Source: Chiloscyllium plagiosum
Lineage: Eukaryota
Assembly: GCF_004010195.1 (NCBI RefSeq)
Contig: NC_057718.1
Span: 18,043,748 to 18,107,747 of the forward strand
DNA length: 64,000 nt
Reading direction: 5' to 3'
The first letter of the stretch is position 1. Each line of letters begins with the position of its first letter. A program made the translations under genes and the position numbers. Shown piece by piece: positions 13,900-24,513 of the stretch. Below the pieces are notes generated by a model. It was given only the letters and a program-made list of their open reading frames with translations, made no database searches and was not told where the DNA came from.

Positions 13900-14185
13900 A
13901 AATCATAGAGTCATACAGCATAGAAACAGGCCTTTCAACCCATCGTGTCTATGCTGACCAACAAACACTCAACTACACTGATCCTATTTCCCTGCAGTTG
14001 GTCCATAGCCTGCTATACCTTGGCATTTGAAGTGTTCACCCAGATGCTTCTTAAATAATGTGGGACTATCTGCCTCCATCACCCTCTTCGGCGGCACTTT
14101 TCATTTCTCTATCACATTTCTTTCTCAGATCTTCTCCAAACCACTTACTCCTCACTTTAAATTCATGTCCTCTGGTCAATTGCCT
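13900..14185 (-). mobile_element. CR1 LINE 3' end (degenerate)
   Basis: ATCATAGAGTCATACAGCATAGAAACAGGCC tail signature. Confidence 0.65.
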
Positions 14186-15189
14186 GACAATGTCAGGTTA
14201 AAGACATCGCCTTCAGGCTGCAGAGGAACCTGGAGTGGGAAGGGGATGATCCAATTATTGTGGTTGGTGTGGATACTAACGTTACAGTTAGGAGTTAGAA
14301 AGACTTTCTCCTGAGAGACTACATGCATCTTGGGAATAAGTTAAAAAGTAGCAACACAAAGGTAACAATCTTTGGATTATTACCTGAGCCACAAGGTAAT
14401 ACCATAGGGTACATCAGATTATGGAGTTGAATGTAGGCCTTAGAGATTAGTGCAGGAAAAGTGGGTTTCAATTCATGGGGAGCTGGCACCAATTCTGGGG
14501 AAAGTGGGAACTCCATCATTGAGATGACCTTTCCCTGAACTACCCTGGGCTCAGTGTCCTGGTGAATTGTACAACTAGGACTGTAGAGAATGTTTTAAAC
14601 TAAATACGGTAGTGAGGGGGACAGTTCATGTCAGAGGAGATTTGGAAAGTTGAAGTGAAAAGATAACGCAATACTGCAGTGTAGCGATAAAGGTAAAGGG
14701 AACTGGAGAGTGGCAGGAAGGGACAGAGAGTACAAGCAGGAGAGAGCAACAACAAAGATCAGAGGAGGCAGTGGTCAGGGTGTGGCTAAAATATTTAGAA
14801 TTAAGGGTCTTTGTCTGAACATGTCAAATATTTGTAAATGGCTGGATGAATTAAGAACACAATAGAAATAATGAAATATAGCCATTACAGAGAGACAGGA
14901 TTAATGTGATTACAGCTGGGACCTGAATGCTTAAAGGTATTTGATAGTTTGGAAGGTCAGGAAAGAATTTTTAAAAATGATATTCTGAAAAACATTTTCA
15001 TCCTTTGGGTTCAAATCATTTCTCACTACTGCATTGATATCAAATTTTTATTAACTCAGCTGCCCTACCTCTGTTTTTCCCTCCTATCCCCCCCAAAGAC
15101 AGTAGTGATCTTCAGTTCAAGGGGATTTGAAGGCAAGAGTAATGATATCATGCTGCATTTGTATAGCACCTGGATCCAATTTCACCTGG

Positions 15190-15282
15190 GACAAAGGGTC
15201 AGTTAGACTCGAAACGTCAGCTCTTTTCTCTCCTTACAGATGCCGCCAGACCTGCTGAGATTTTCCAGCATTTTCTCTTTTG
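15190..15282 (+). mobile_element. PLE-terminus mini-insert beginning inside a hammerhead core, 11-bp TSD
   Basis: ATTTCACCTGG at 15179-15189 and 15283-15293; GGGTC-AGTTA-GACTC-GAAAC-GTC. Confidence 0.75.
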
Positions 15283-15427
15283 ATTTCACCTGGAGTATTT
15301 TGTACAGTTTTTCTCCATTTCAAGAGAAGCATATACTTGTCCTGGAGGGTGTGCAATGGAGGTTCACCAGATTAATCCTTGAGGGATGGCAAGATTGTCT
15401 ATGAGGAGGAATTGAGAAGACTATGTC

Positions 15428-15622
15428 CAAAGATTTGCAGGTTAGGTGGATCAGCCATACTAAATTGCCCTGTAGTGTGTGAGGATATGCAGGCTAGGTA
15501 GATTAGCCATGCAGGGTTATGGGGATAGGGTATGGGGCTGGGTCTCTGGAATGCTCTTCAGAGGGTTGGGTGCAGACTCCAAGGGCTGAATGGCCTCTTT
15601 CCGCACTGTAGGGATTCTATGA
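15428..15622 (+). mobile_element. HE1-like SINE, 3' half
   Basis: CCAAAGATTTGCAGGTTAGGTGGAT...GGGCTGAATGGCCT...CTGTAGGGATTCTATGA. Confidence 0.7.
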
Positions 15623-16821
15623 CTGTCTGTATTTCCTAGAGTTTCAAAGAATGAGTGATCTCATTAAAACTTACCCAATTCTTACAGGGTCAATGGAGAT
15701 AAAATATTTTCACTGACCGGTGACTCTTGAACCAGGGACATAATCTCAGGACAAGTGAAAAACCACTTAGGATTGGGCTGGGGTATAACTTCTTCACTCA
15801 GAGGACAGTGAGGTTTGGGAATGCTCCAACTGAGAGAGATGTAGAAGTGCAACTATTGAGAAGGTTGAGTTCAGAAATCTATACACTTCTGGAAGCTAAT
15901 GACATCGAGGGATATAGAGATTGTGCAGGAAAGTGACCATTTAGTTAGAAGATCAATCATGATCTAATTGAATGGCAGGACAGGACTGATGGGCTCAGTG
16001 GCTTCCTTCTGTTCCCATAGAGAATGTTTTCGGGTGGTGGTAAGGAAAGAAGTAACTGATGGGTGTGGTTTGGGGATGCGAGACCATTTTAAACAATGAC
16101 AGAAAGCACTCCACATTTGTAGAATGAGAGCAACAGCCCCAGGAAATCAAACAGCACCAATCCTGTAAAAAGTTCATTATCCCTTTAAACAGCAGTGATG
16201 GATGTGGGTCCTTCTTAATGCGGAGCATATTGTCAGCTGGATGAGGCTAAGTCAGGGCAACAGCTGAAGATTGATCCACCTGCTTCTGCATCCTTCCAGT
16301 GTCCATTCACTGATCCCATGCTAACCCTTTACCAAACTAGCATCCAGCACTATTCACTCCAGAGGTGTGTTGTGTGAGGCTGCAGATTCTATTTTGGAGA
16401 TGCACTCATGACAGGGCACTAATAGCGCCCAAAACACTAACACTGATGTGTTCAATTTCCAACCCATTAACTTTATTTGAAGTTGTCTCCTAAAAATAGC
16501 ATATTAATAAAAGAAAGATGTGTTTGCATTTTTTTTGTCATGCAACAGAACTCTGCTGTAAATGAACAATTTATGCTAAGTCAGGGTGTGCGAATGATCG
16601 TCTTGTGCAATTGGGACTTGTGTGATTGTGCTTATGTTGTATAATTTCTGTATTTCAAAAAAAACGCAAGAAAATCAAGCAGCACCTATTTCTTTAGCTT
16701 TACTGCTTATGTATGCTGAAACAAGGGTTAGCTTTGCATTTTGCATTGATAATACAAGCAAGATGTCAGACTGTTGTCACACAGTTAAGACTCTTAACTT
16801 CATCCTGTTTGTGCATTGCAG

Positions 16822-16830
16822 GAGCTGCAG
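16822..16830 (+). other. Candidate 9-nt microexon (GAGCTGCAG) of an unidentified host gene
   Basis: Branch-point-like CTTAAC at 16793-16798, pyrimidine-rich tract with TGC, TTGCAG acceptor, CAG|GTAATT donor; lies in a repeat-free block. Confidence 0.45.
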
Positions 16831-17280
16831 GTAATTCTCTCTCTACTTGTCAACAGTCATGATGTAACCTTATCAACAGTGCAATCCTTGCAGGATTGTT
16901 ATGCTGATTAGTAACACATTCAGTGTGACCATCAACAACTCCAACAGGCTAACAGTCATTTTGAGACTGACAGATAATTGCAGCCCAAAATAAAACTAAT
17001 GTGAATTTGAATAAAACCAAGCTATTAAAACATGCCGTGCAGTCGTAATCAGGTAAAAACAAACCCTGTGATGGTCTCAAATATCAATGAAGCCCTGGCC
17101 TCAAATCTCCTTTATAAATTGTTCAGTTCTCATAACCTGGATTCATGGAGTAATTTGTACTGATTCATAATTATTACCAGCTAATCACTGCAAGTGTTGA
17201 ATGCGGTTCAGTTTAGCACACCTTCAGTGTTGTTTATGACACTTTGATTCCTTTAATATTTATGAAAAATTCTGGAAAAC

Positions 17281-17591
17281 GCACGGTGGCACAGTGGTTA
17301 GCACTGCTGCCTCACAGTGCCAGAGACCCGGGTTCAATTCCCGCCTCAGGCGACTGACTGTGTGGAGTTTGTACATTCTCCCCGTGTCTGCGTGGGTTTC
17401 CTCCGGTTTCCTCCCACAGTCACAAAGATGTGCAGGGTCAGGTGAATTGGCCATGCAAAATTGTCCGTAGTGTTAGGTAAGGGGTAAATGTAGGGGAATG
17501 GGTGGTTTGCGCTTCGGTGGGTTGGTGTGGACTTGTTGGGCCGAAGGGCCTGTTTCCACACTGTAATCTAATCTAATCTAATCTAATCTAA
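17281..17591 (+). mobile_element. HE1-type V-SINE, full length
   Basis: A box TGGCACAGTGG (17287-17297), B box GGTTCAATTCC (17331-17341), V-domain, CR1-derived tail ending in (TCTAA)n. Confidence 0.93.
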
Positions 17592-18034
17592 CTGGGTATC
17601 ACCATCTCACTCTGTTTGCATTGAGTCGCTTCTTTACATGATGCTGCAGTATGTTGCTGCCCTGAGGGGCTGCCACAATTCAGGAAATAAATCAGAATTA
17701 CATTTCAGAGACTTGACTTGTGGAAGTATCAATAGGTATTAGGTACAGAATTGCTGATGCCTTTGGAGTTCACCAGATTTTTGGGTGGGTGGATGGTGGA
17801 GAATGGGACGTGCAGGAAAATAGCCTTCTCATCAGGATGGCACCATGGGGACTGCAGGAATTGGGTCTCAGGCTTTATCCGTATAAGATTGGCAAGCTGC
17901 GTTAATCAATCAACCCAAGCTTCTGGATTGGTAATTATTGGGCACTTCTTGGCATCATATAAGAAAAATAGGTATTAATATGCACTGTGTACCAATGGGT
18001 TCTGGTTGGTAGCTCACCACTCTTGATTCACAAG

Positions 18035-18370
18035 ATGGCAGATGGGTAGTGTTGTTGCCTCACAGCACCAGGGTTTGATTCTAGCCTTGGGCGACTGTCT
18101 GTGTGGACTTTGCATGTTCTCCATGTGTCTGTGTGGGTTTCCTCCAGGTGCTCTGGTTTCCTCCCACAGTCCAAAGATGTGCAGGTAAGGTGGATTGGCC
18201 ATGCTACATTGCCCATAGTGTCCAGGGATGCGCAGGTTAGGTAGATTTGCCATGGGAAATGCTGAGTTATAGGGATAGGCTAGGGGTGTTGAGTCTGGGT
18301 GGATGTTCCTTGGAGGATCTGTGTTGATTCAATGGGCTGAATGGCCTACTTCCTCACTGAAGGGATTCTG
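18035..18370 (+). mobile_element. HE1-like V-SINE (older subfamily)
   Basis: Degenerate head, V-domain GGGTTTCCTCCAGGTGCTCTGGTTTCCTCCCACA, CR1-like tail. Confidence 0.85.
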
Positions 18371-18760
18371 GATTCAAGTCCCACTTGAGGGCTGTAGTAA
18401 ACACTCTAGGCCTGCACTCCAGTGCAGTGTTGAGGGAATGCGGGGGGTGTTGTCTTTTGGTTAAGATGTTTAACTGAGGCCCCATTGAGCTGGTGAATGG
18501 TAGAAGATCCCATGGCAACATTCCAAAGAAAAACAGTGGAGATATTCCCAGTTTCCTGACAATATTTATTGGGCAGTTAACATCACAAAAATCAGCTGTT
18601 CTGTTCACAGGCTGTTTTTGAGTTAATGCAAATTAACTTCAGTGCTTTCTACATTGTAACAGTGACTACAACTAAAACACACTCCATTGGTTGTGAAGCA
18701 TTTTGAGTCACCAATGGGTTGGTTTCATTTAAATTCAAAGATGCTACATAAATGCAGGTC
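18370..18760 (+). mobile_element. Deu-domain SINE remnant (SacSINE1-like)
   Basis: CCAGTGCAGTGTTGAGGGAATGC...GTTTAACTGAGGCCCC...AGATCCCATGGCA. Confidence 0.65.
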
Positions 18761-20120
18761 TTTTTTTTCCCCTTTCTTTACAACAAGTTTCTACAGACAG
18801 CACTGAAATGAAAGACCAGATAATGACTCTTTCGTGAAGTTATTTGAGGAATAAATATTGACCAGGCCATCAGGGAGTATTCTCTTGTTCTTCAATGGAG
18901 TCCCATGGGATCTTTGATGTACACAAGGGCTCCTCGTTAAGCTCTTTGTTTAATGCCACATCCAAGAACATTAGCTCTTTCTGCCTTTTATTTCATCCTC
19001 TTTCTTCGTATAGAATGTGAACTCTCCTTTAATTTTTCTTTCTTCTTTTAGCAAAGTATCCTTTCTAATGTCTCTCTCTCTGAGAAAGTGGGCATTAATC
19101 ATTTTAATGGCTGTTTACCTTAACCTGGCTGCTGTAAACCTTCAAATGAAATTCGAGTAGGCTGCATGGAGAGATATAAAACGTTTATTAAATATTAAAT
19201 CTGTAGCTGCAGCAATAACAAAAGGATGATGATCCAAGAGTTTCTTTGTTTTGAAAAAGCTATAACTTCATTGTTTGCTGATTTTGAAAATATGCATCAC
19301 TGGTTTAACAAATTGAAACACAGCTGACTTCTGAAGACAATCTGAACTGAAAGCAGAAACTGCTAGAAATGTACAATAGAAGGAAAGAAAGGCATGTGAA
19401 TGTTTTGAGAACGCAGAACTCAGCCAACTTGTCTTTTCTCTGTAAGGAGAAAGCGGCAGCCTGAAATCAGTCAGTTCGGGGAGGCGGGTGGAGAATGAAA
19501 CTTTTTGCAATGGGTTTTAATGGCCTTATTTACAATTTAGAAATAAATGTGGACAAACCCAATCGCTTGCAGCGGCCCTAGGACCTAAGGAGAGCCCATC
19601 ATTTAATTGTGAATTGGCAGTCTCATTCTGAGGGAGTGGGTAAACCTGATATGGCATATGAAGAGCTCAGATTGTTCAGTAGGTAATGTTATTGGGACAG
19701 TGAGAGTGAAGGTGTTCACTTATGGCACTGCAGAATTTGAGTCCTATCACAGATTAACAATCTTTCAGCGTAGCATTTGGTGAGTGCTACACTGTTAGGG
19801 GTGGTGTGTTCTGATGAGATCTTCAGATGAGGACCCCTCAGTGCTCTCAGGTCAACTTAAAATCTTCGAGGAGAACACCTTCCACCCCAACCTCAAATTC
19901 ACCTGGACAGTCTCGGACTCCTCCCTCCCCTTCCTAGACCTTTCTGTTTCTATCTCAGGCGACCGAATCAACACGGACATCTACTACAAACCAACCGACT
20001 CCCACAGCTACCTGGACTACACCTCCTCCCATCCTGCCCCCTGTAAAAACGCCATCCCATTCTCTGAAACTTTATTGCTGGAACAGCACAGCAGGTCAGG
20101 CAGCATCCAGGGAACAGGAG

Positions 20121-20156
20121 ATTCGACGTTTTGGGCACAGGCCCTTCTTCAGGAAT
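20121..20156 (-). ncRNA. Hammerhead motif with G12>A core change
   Basis: Reverse complement ATTC-CTGAAGA-A-GGGC-CTGT-GCCC-AAAAC-GTC-GAAT. Confidence 0.7.
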
Positions 20157-20951
20157 GAGCAGAGAGTGTTCAGCAGGAGAAGATAAAGGGTAGGGAGGAG
20201 GGACTTGGAGGAGGGGCGTTGGGAATGTGATAGGTGGAAAGAGGTCAAGGTGAGGGTGATAGGTCGGAGTAGGGTGGAGGCGGAGAGGTCAAGAAGAAGA
20301 CTGCAGGTCAGGAGGGCGGTGCCGGGCTGGAGGGATCCGGCTGAGACAAGGTGGGGGGAGGGGGGATGAAGAAACTGGTGAAGTCCAAGTTCATCCTCTT
20401 TGGTTGGAGGGTTCCCAGTCGGAAGATAAGACGCTCCTCCTCCGACCGTCGGGTTGTTGTGGTTTGGCGGTGGATGAGTCCAATGACCTGCATATCCTCG
20501 GTGGAGTGGGAGGGGGAGTTGCGGAGCGATTCAGAGAGCACCTCTGGGCCACCCGGCCGAACCAACCCAACCAACCTGTGGCACAGCATTTCAACTCCCC
20601 CTCCCACTCCACCGTGGTTATGCAGGTCATTGGACTCATCCACCGCCAAACCACAATAACGCGACGGTCGGAGGAGGAGCGTCTTATCTTCCGACTGGGA
20701 ACCCTCCCACCGCCGGGGGTGGACTTGGACTTCACCAGTTTCTTCATCCCCCCTCCCCTTGTCTCAGCCGAATCCCTCCAGCCCGGCACCGCCTTCCTGA
20801 CCTGCAGTCTTCTTCTTGACCTCTCCGCCTCCATCCTACTCCGACCTATCACCCTCACCTTGACCTCTTTCCACCTATCACATTTCCAACGCCCCTCCTC
20901 CAAGTCCCTCCTCCCTACCTTTTATCTTCTCCTGCTGAACACTCTCTGCTC

Positions 20952-20987
20952 ATTCCTGAAGAAGGGCCTGTGCCCGAAACGTCGAAT
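20952..20987 (+). ncRNA. Minimal type-I hammerhead ribozyme motif (intact core)
   Basis: ATTC-CTGAAGA-A-GGGC-CTGT-GCCC-GAAAC-GTC-GAAT: stem I ATTC/GAAT, stem II GGGC/GCCC, GUC cleavage triplet, palindromic ACGT in place of stem III. Confidence 0.8.
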
Positions 20988-21197
20988 CTCCTGTTCCCTG
21001 GATGCTGCCTGACCTGCTGTGCTGTTCCAGCAATAAAGTTTCAACTTAAAATCTTCTCAATCTGAACATGAGCAGGGTGTTTATGGTCTGTCTAATCTTC
21101 CATCAAAGATCCGATGACCTGGACACTTACCTCAGTGCAGCTTGTAAAATCGCTCTGAATGGAAATAGGATATTCAGACCTCCCTTCAAGACCCACT

Positions 21198-22430
21198 CTC
21201 TATGCTATTCCTATAACCCTGCATTTCTGTTGCTTATTCCATCCAATCTCCACATCCTTCAACACTATGGGCAATTTAGCATGGCCAATCCACCGAATCT
21301 GCTCATCTGTGAACCGTGGGAGGAAACCGGAACACCTGAAAGAAGCCCACACAGATGTGGGGAGAATGTGCAAACTCTGCACAAATAGTCACCCAAGGCT
21401 GGAATCGAACACAGGTCCCTGGTCATAGACTCACAGAGTCATAGAGATGTACAGCATGGAAACGGACCCTTCGGTCCAACCCGTCCATGCCGGACCAGCT
21501 ATCCCAACCCAATCTAGTCCCACCTGCCAGCACCCGGCCCATATCCCTCCAAACCTTCCTATTCATATACCCATCCAAATGCCTCTTAAATGTTGCAATT
21601 GTACCAGCCTCCACCACTTCCTCTGGCAGCTCATTCCATACACATATCACCCTCTGCATGAAAAAGTTGCCCCTTAGGTCTCTTTTATATCTTTCCCCTC
21701 TCACCCTAAACCTATGCCCTCTAGTTCTGGACTCCCCAATCCCAAGGAAAAGACTTTCCCTATTTACCTTATCCATGCCCCTCATAATTTTGTAAACCTC
21801 TATAAGGTCACCCCTCAGCCTCCGACACTCCAGGGAAAACAGCACCAGCCTGTTCAGCCTCTCCCTATAGCTCAGATCTTCCAACCCTGGCAACAGCCTT
21901 GTAAATCTTTTCTGAACCCTTTCAAGTTTCACAACAACTTTCTGATAGGAAGGAGACTAGAGTTGTATACAATATTCCAACAGTGGCCTAACCAATGTCC
22001 TGTACAGCCGCAACATGACCTCCCAACCCTGTACTCAATACTCTGACCAATAAAGAAAGCATGCCAAACACCTTCTTCACTATCCTATCGACCTGCAACT
22101 CCACTTTCAAGGAGCTATGAACCTGCATTCCAAGGTCTCTTTGTTCAGCAACACTCCCTAGGACCTTACCATTAAGTGTATAAGTCCTGCTAAGATTTGC
22201 TTTCCCATATGCAGCACCTCGCATTTATCTGAATTAAACTCCATCTGCTACTTCTCAGCCCACTGGCCCATCTGATCAAGATCCCGATGTAATCTGAGAT
22301 AACCTTCTTTGCTGTCACCTACACCTCCAATTCTGATGTCATCTGCAAACTTACTCTTATGCTCACATCCAAACCATTTATATAAATGTCCTGAGAGGCA
22401 GCAGTACTAACCTCTTTGTCACTGTGCCAG
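21198..22430 (-). mobile_element. HE1-like SINE split by a CR1 insertion
   Basis: SINE body 21198-21422 stops at ...ACAGGTCCCTGG; the head resumes at ~22388 (CTGAGAGGCAGCAGTACTAACC). Confidence 0.7.
21423..22387 (-). mobile_element. CR1/HER1 LINE 3' ~1 kb (relatively young subfamily)
   Basis: KLERVQKRFTR...RRLRGDLIEVYKIMRG...WNELPEEVVEA; (TCTATGAC)n-type tail; closely similar to the copies at 30675 and 33920. Confidence 0.93.
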
Positions 22431-22512
22431 CCACAACTGAGCCACCATATTATCTTATTGAACAGGCCAGAATTTCTTTTTGCTAAAATCAACGTAAGCA
22501 GATCATAATCAT

Positions 22513-22696
22513 TGGTTCATGGAATGCCCTGCCAGTAGCAGTGGTGGACTCTCCCTCTTTATGGGCATTTAAGCGGGCATTGGCTAGGCATATGGAGGAT
22601 AGTGGGCTAGTGTAGGTTAGGTGGGCTTGGATCGGCGCAACATCGAGGGCCAAAGGGCCTGTACTGTGCTGTATTCTTCTATGTTCCATGTTCTAT
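22513..22696 (+). mobile_element. CR1 3' tail fragment
   Basis: WNALP... frame and TTCTATGTTCCATGTTCTAT tail. Confidence 0.75.
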
Positions 22697-23228
22697 AACA
22701 CAAGTCCAGGGTAGGTGGGACTTGAACCTACCGCTTCATGGCTTGAGATAAATGCACAATAGCTCAAACACATTGGAACTGCATAGTTTGCCAACTTGGA
22801 ATCCTTGGCCAGAAAATGTTTACATCTCTGTAGTTTTATGCACATGTGGCCAAAGTGAAAACATACATCAACATTTGCAAATATGCATTCCAGAGCAGAG
22901 GGACATTTAAGGGAAAGCAGGTTAAGCAGATGAGTGAAATGAATAGAAGTTGATTCAGCTAGGGATAGCTGAAGGAATGTGGGACAAAGTTCATGTGGAC
23001 CGTAAGCATCTGGTCAGACTAGTTGGGCTGAGTGACCTGTTCTTGAACATAAAACAATGCAAATACGTGTAAACTGCTGTTTCAACCACAGGCCAAGTAA
23101 CACCATCTATGAGCTGAATAGTATTTCTTAGCAACGTGATTTATAAGGATGTCGCACACGTAGTAATGAAGTGGATCTGTGTTATTAACATTGTGCCACA
23201 CCAAATCCCTTGTCCTAATCGTCAGGTA

Positions 23229-24513
23229 CTGGATCAGAGTGGTGCCGGAAAAGCACAGCAGTTCAGGCAGCATCCGAGGAGCAGGAAAATCGACGTTTCG
23301 GGCAAAAGCCCTTCACCAGAAATACAGGCAGAGTGCCTGCAGGGTGGAGAGATAAATGAGAGGAGGGTGGGGTGGGGAGAAAGTAGCATTCAGTACAATA
23401 GGTGAATGGGGGTGGGGATCGAGGTGATAGGTCAGGGAGGAGAGTGGGGGAAGGTAGCAAAGAGTACAATGGGTGGATGGNNNNNNNNNNNNNNNNNNNN
23501 NNNNNNNNNNNNNNNNNNNNNNNNNNNNNNNNNNNNNNNNNNNNNNNNNNNNNNNNNNNNNNNNNNNNNNNNNNNNNNNNNNNNNNNNNNNNNNNNNNNN
23601 NNNNNNNNNNNNNNNNNNNNNNNNNNNNNNNNNNNNNNNNNNNNNNNNNNNNNNNNNNNNNNNNNNNNNNNNNNNNNNNNNNNNNNNNNNNNNNNNNNNN
23701 NNNNNNNNNNNNNNNNNNNNNNNNNNNNNNNNNNNNNNNNNNNNNNNNNNNNNNNNNNNNNNNNNNNNNNNNNNNNNNNNNNNNNNNNNNNNNNNNNNNN
23801 NNNNNNNNNNNNNNNNNNNNNNNNNNNNNNNNNNNNNNNNNNNNNNNNNNNNNNNNNNNNNNNNNNNNNNNNNNNNNNNNNNNNNNNNNNNNNNNNNNNN
23901 NNNNNNNNNNNNNNNNNNNNNNNNNNNNNNNNNNNNNNNNNNNNNNNNNNNNNNNNNNNNNNNNNNNNNNNNNNNNNNNNNNNNNNNNNNNNNNNNNNNN
24001 NNNNNNNNNNNNNNNNNNNNNNNNNNNNNNNNNNNNNNNNNNNNNNNNNNNNNNGGTTGTGGGGGGGGACGTGGACCTGACCAGGTAGTCACAGAGGGAA
24101 TGGTCTTTGTAGCAAGCGGAAAGGGGTGGGGAGGGAAATATATCGCTGGTGGTGGGGTCCGTTTGGAGGTGGTGGAAATGTCAGCGGATGATGCGGTTTA
24201 TGCAGAGGGATCCCCACCCCCATCTACTCATTGTACTCTTAGCTACCTTCCCCCACCCTCCACCCTGACCTATCACCTTCATCCCCACCCCCACTCACCA
24301 ATTGTACTCTATGCTACTTTCTCCCCACCCCACCCTCCTCTCATTTATCTCTCCATCCTTCAGGCACTCTGCCTGGATTCCTGATGAAGGGCTTTTGCCC
24401 GAAACATCGATTTTCCTGCTCCTCGGATGCTGCCTGAACTGCTGTGCCTTTCTGGCACCACTCTAATCCAGAATTTGGTTTCCAGCATCTGCAGTCATTG
24501 TTTTTTCCTTACG
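23229..24513. mobile_element. Penelope-like family A inverted (foldback) insertion spanning an assembly gap; ~12-bp TSD
   Basis: Arms 23229-23480 (-) and ~24210-24510 (+) are reverse complements; AATCGTCAGGTA (23217-23228) vs AATCATCAGGTA (24514-24525); hammerhead motifs at 23288-23323 (-) and 24377-24412 (+). Confidence 0.85.
23481..24054. other. Assembly gap (N run)
   Basis: Run of N characters. Confidence 1.

Larger units (their letters stand above)
14240..16030 (+). mobile_element. Internally deleted, decayed CR1 LINE (ORF1-like part, ORF2 start, RT C-terminus) with nested inserts
   Basis: ORF1-like segment near 14300-14600, NFFTQRTV motif at 15790 and a 3' tail; interrupted by a PLE mini-insert (15190-15282) and a SINE tail (15428-15620). 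Confidence 0.6.
19868..21040 (+). mobile_element. Penelope-like element family A: RT fragment + inverted 3' copy + GIY-YIG/3' end; 16-bp TSD
   Basis: NLKFTWTVSDSSLPFLDL...YYKPTDSHSYL (RT C-terminus); RFREHL...PVAQHFNS...EERLIFRLGTL (GIY-YIG C-terminus); inverted arms 20065-20521 and 20592-21043; TCAACTTAAAATCTTC at 19852-19867 and 21041-21056. Confidence 0.92.

Noticed and set aside
17281..17345. tRNA gene
   Set aside because: The A/B boxes belong to the HE1 SINE head and continue into the V-domain and LINE-derived tail.
20308..20903. Overlapping bidirectional ORFs as a novel gene pair
   Set aside because: Explained by the inverted duplication of the PLE GIY-YIG 3' end.
23313..24384. Long ORFs (224-303 aa) in the ORF track
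   Set aside because: Artefacts of translating through the N gap.
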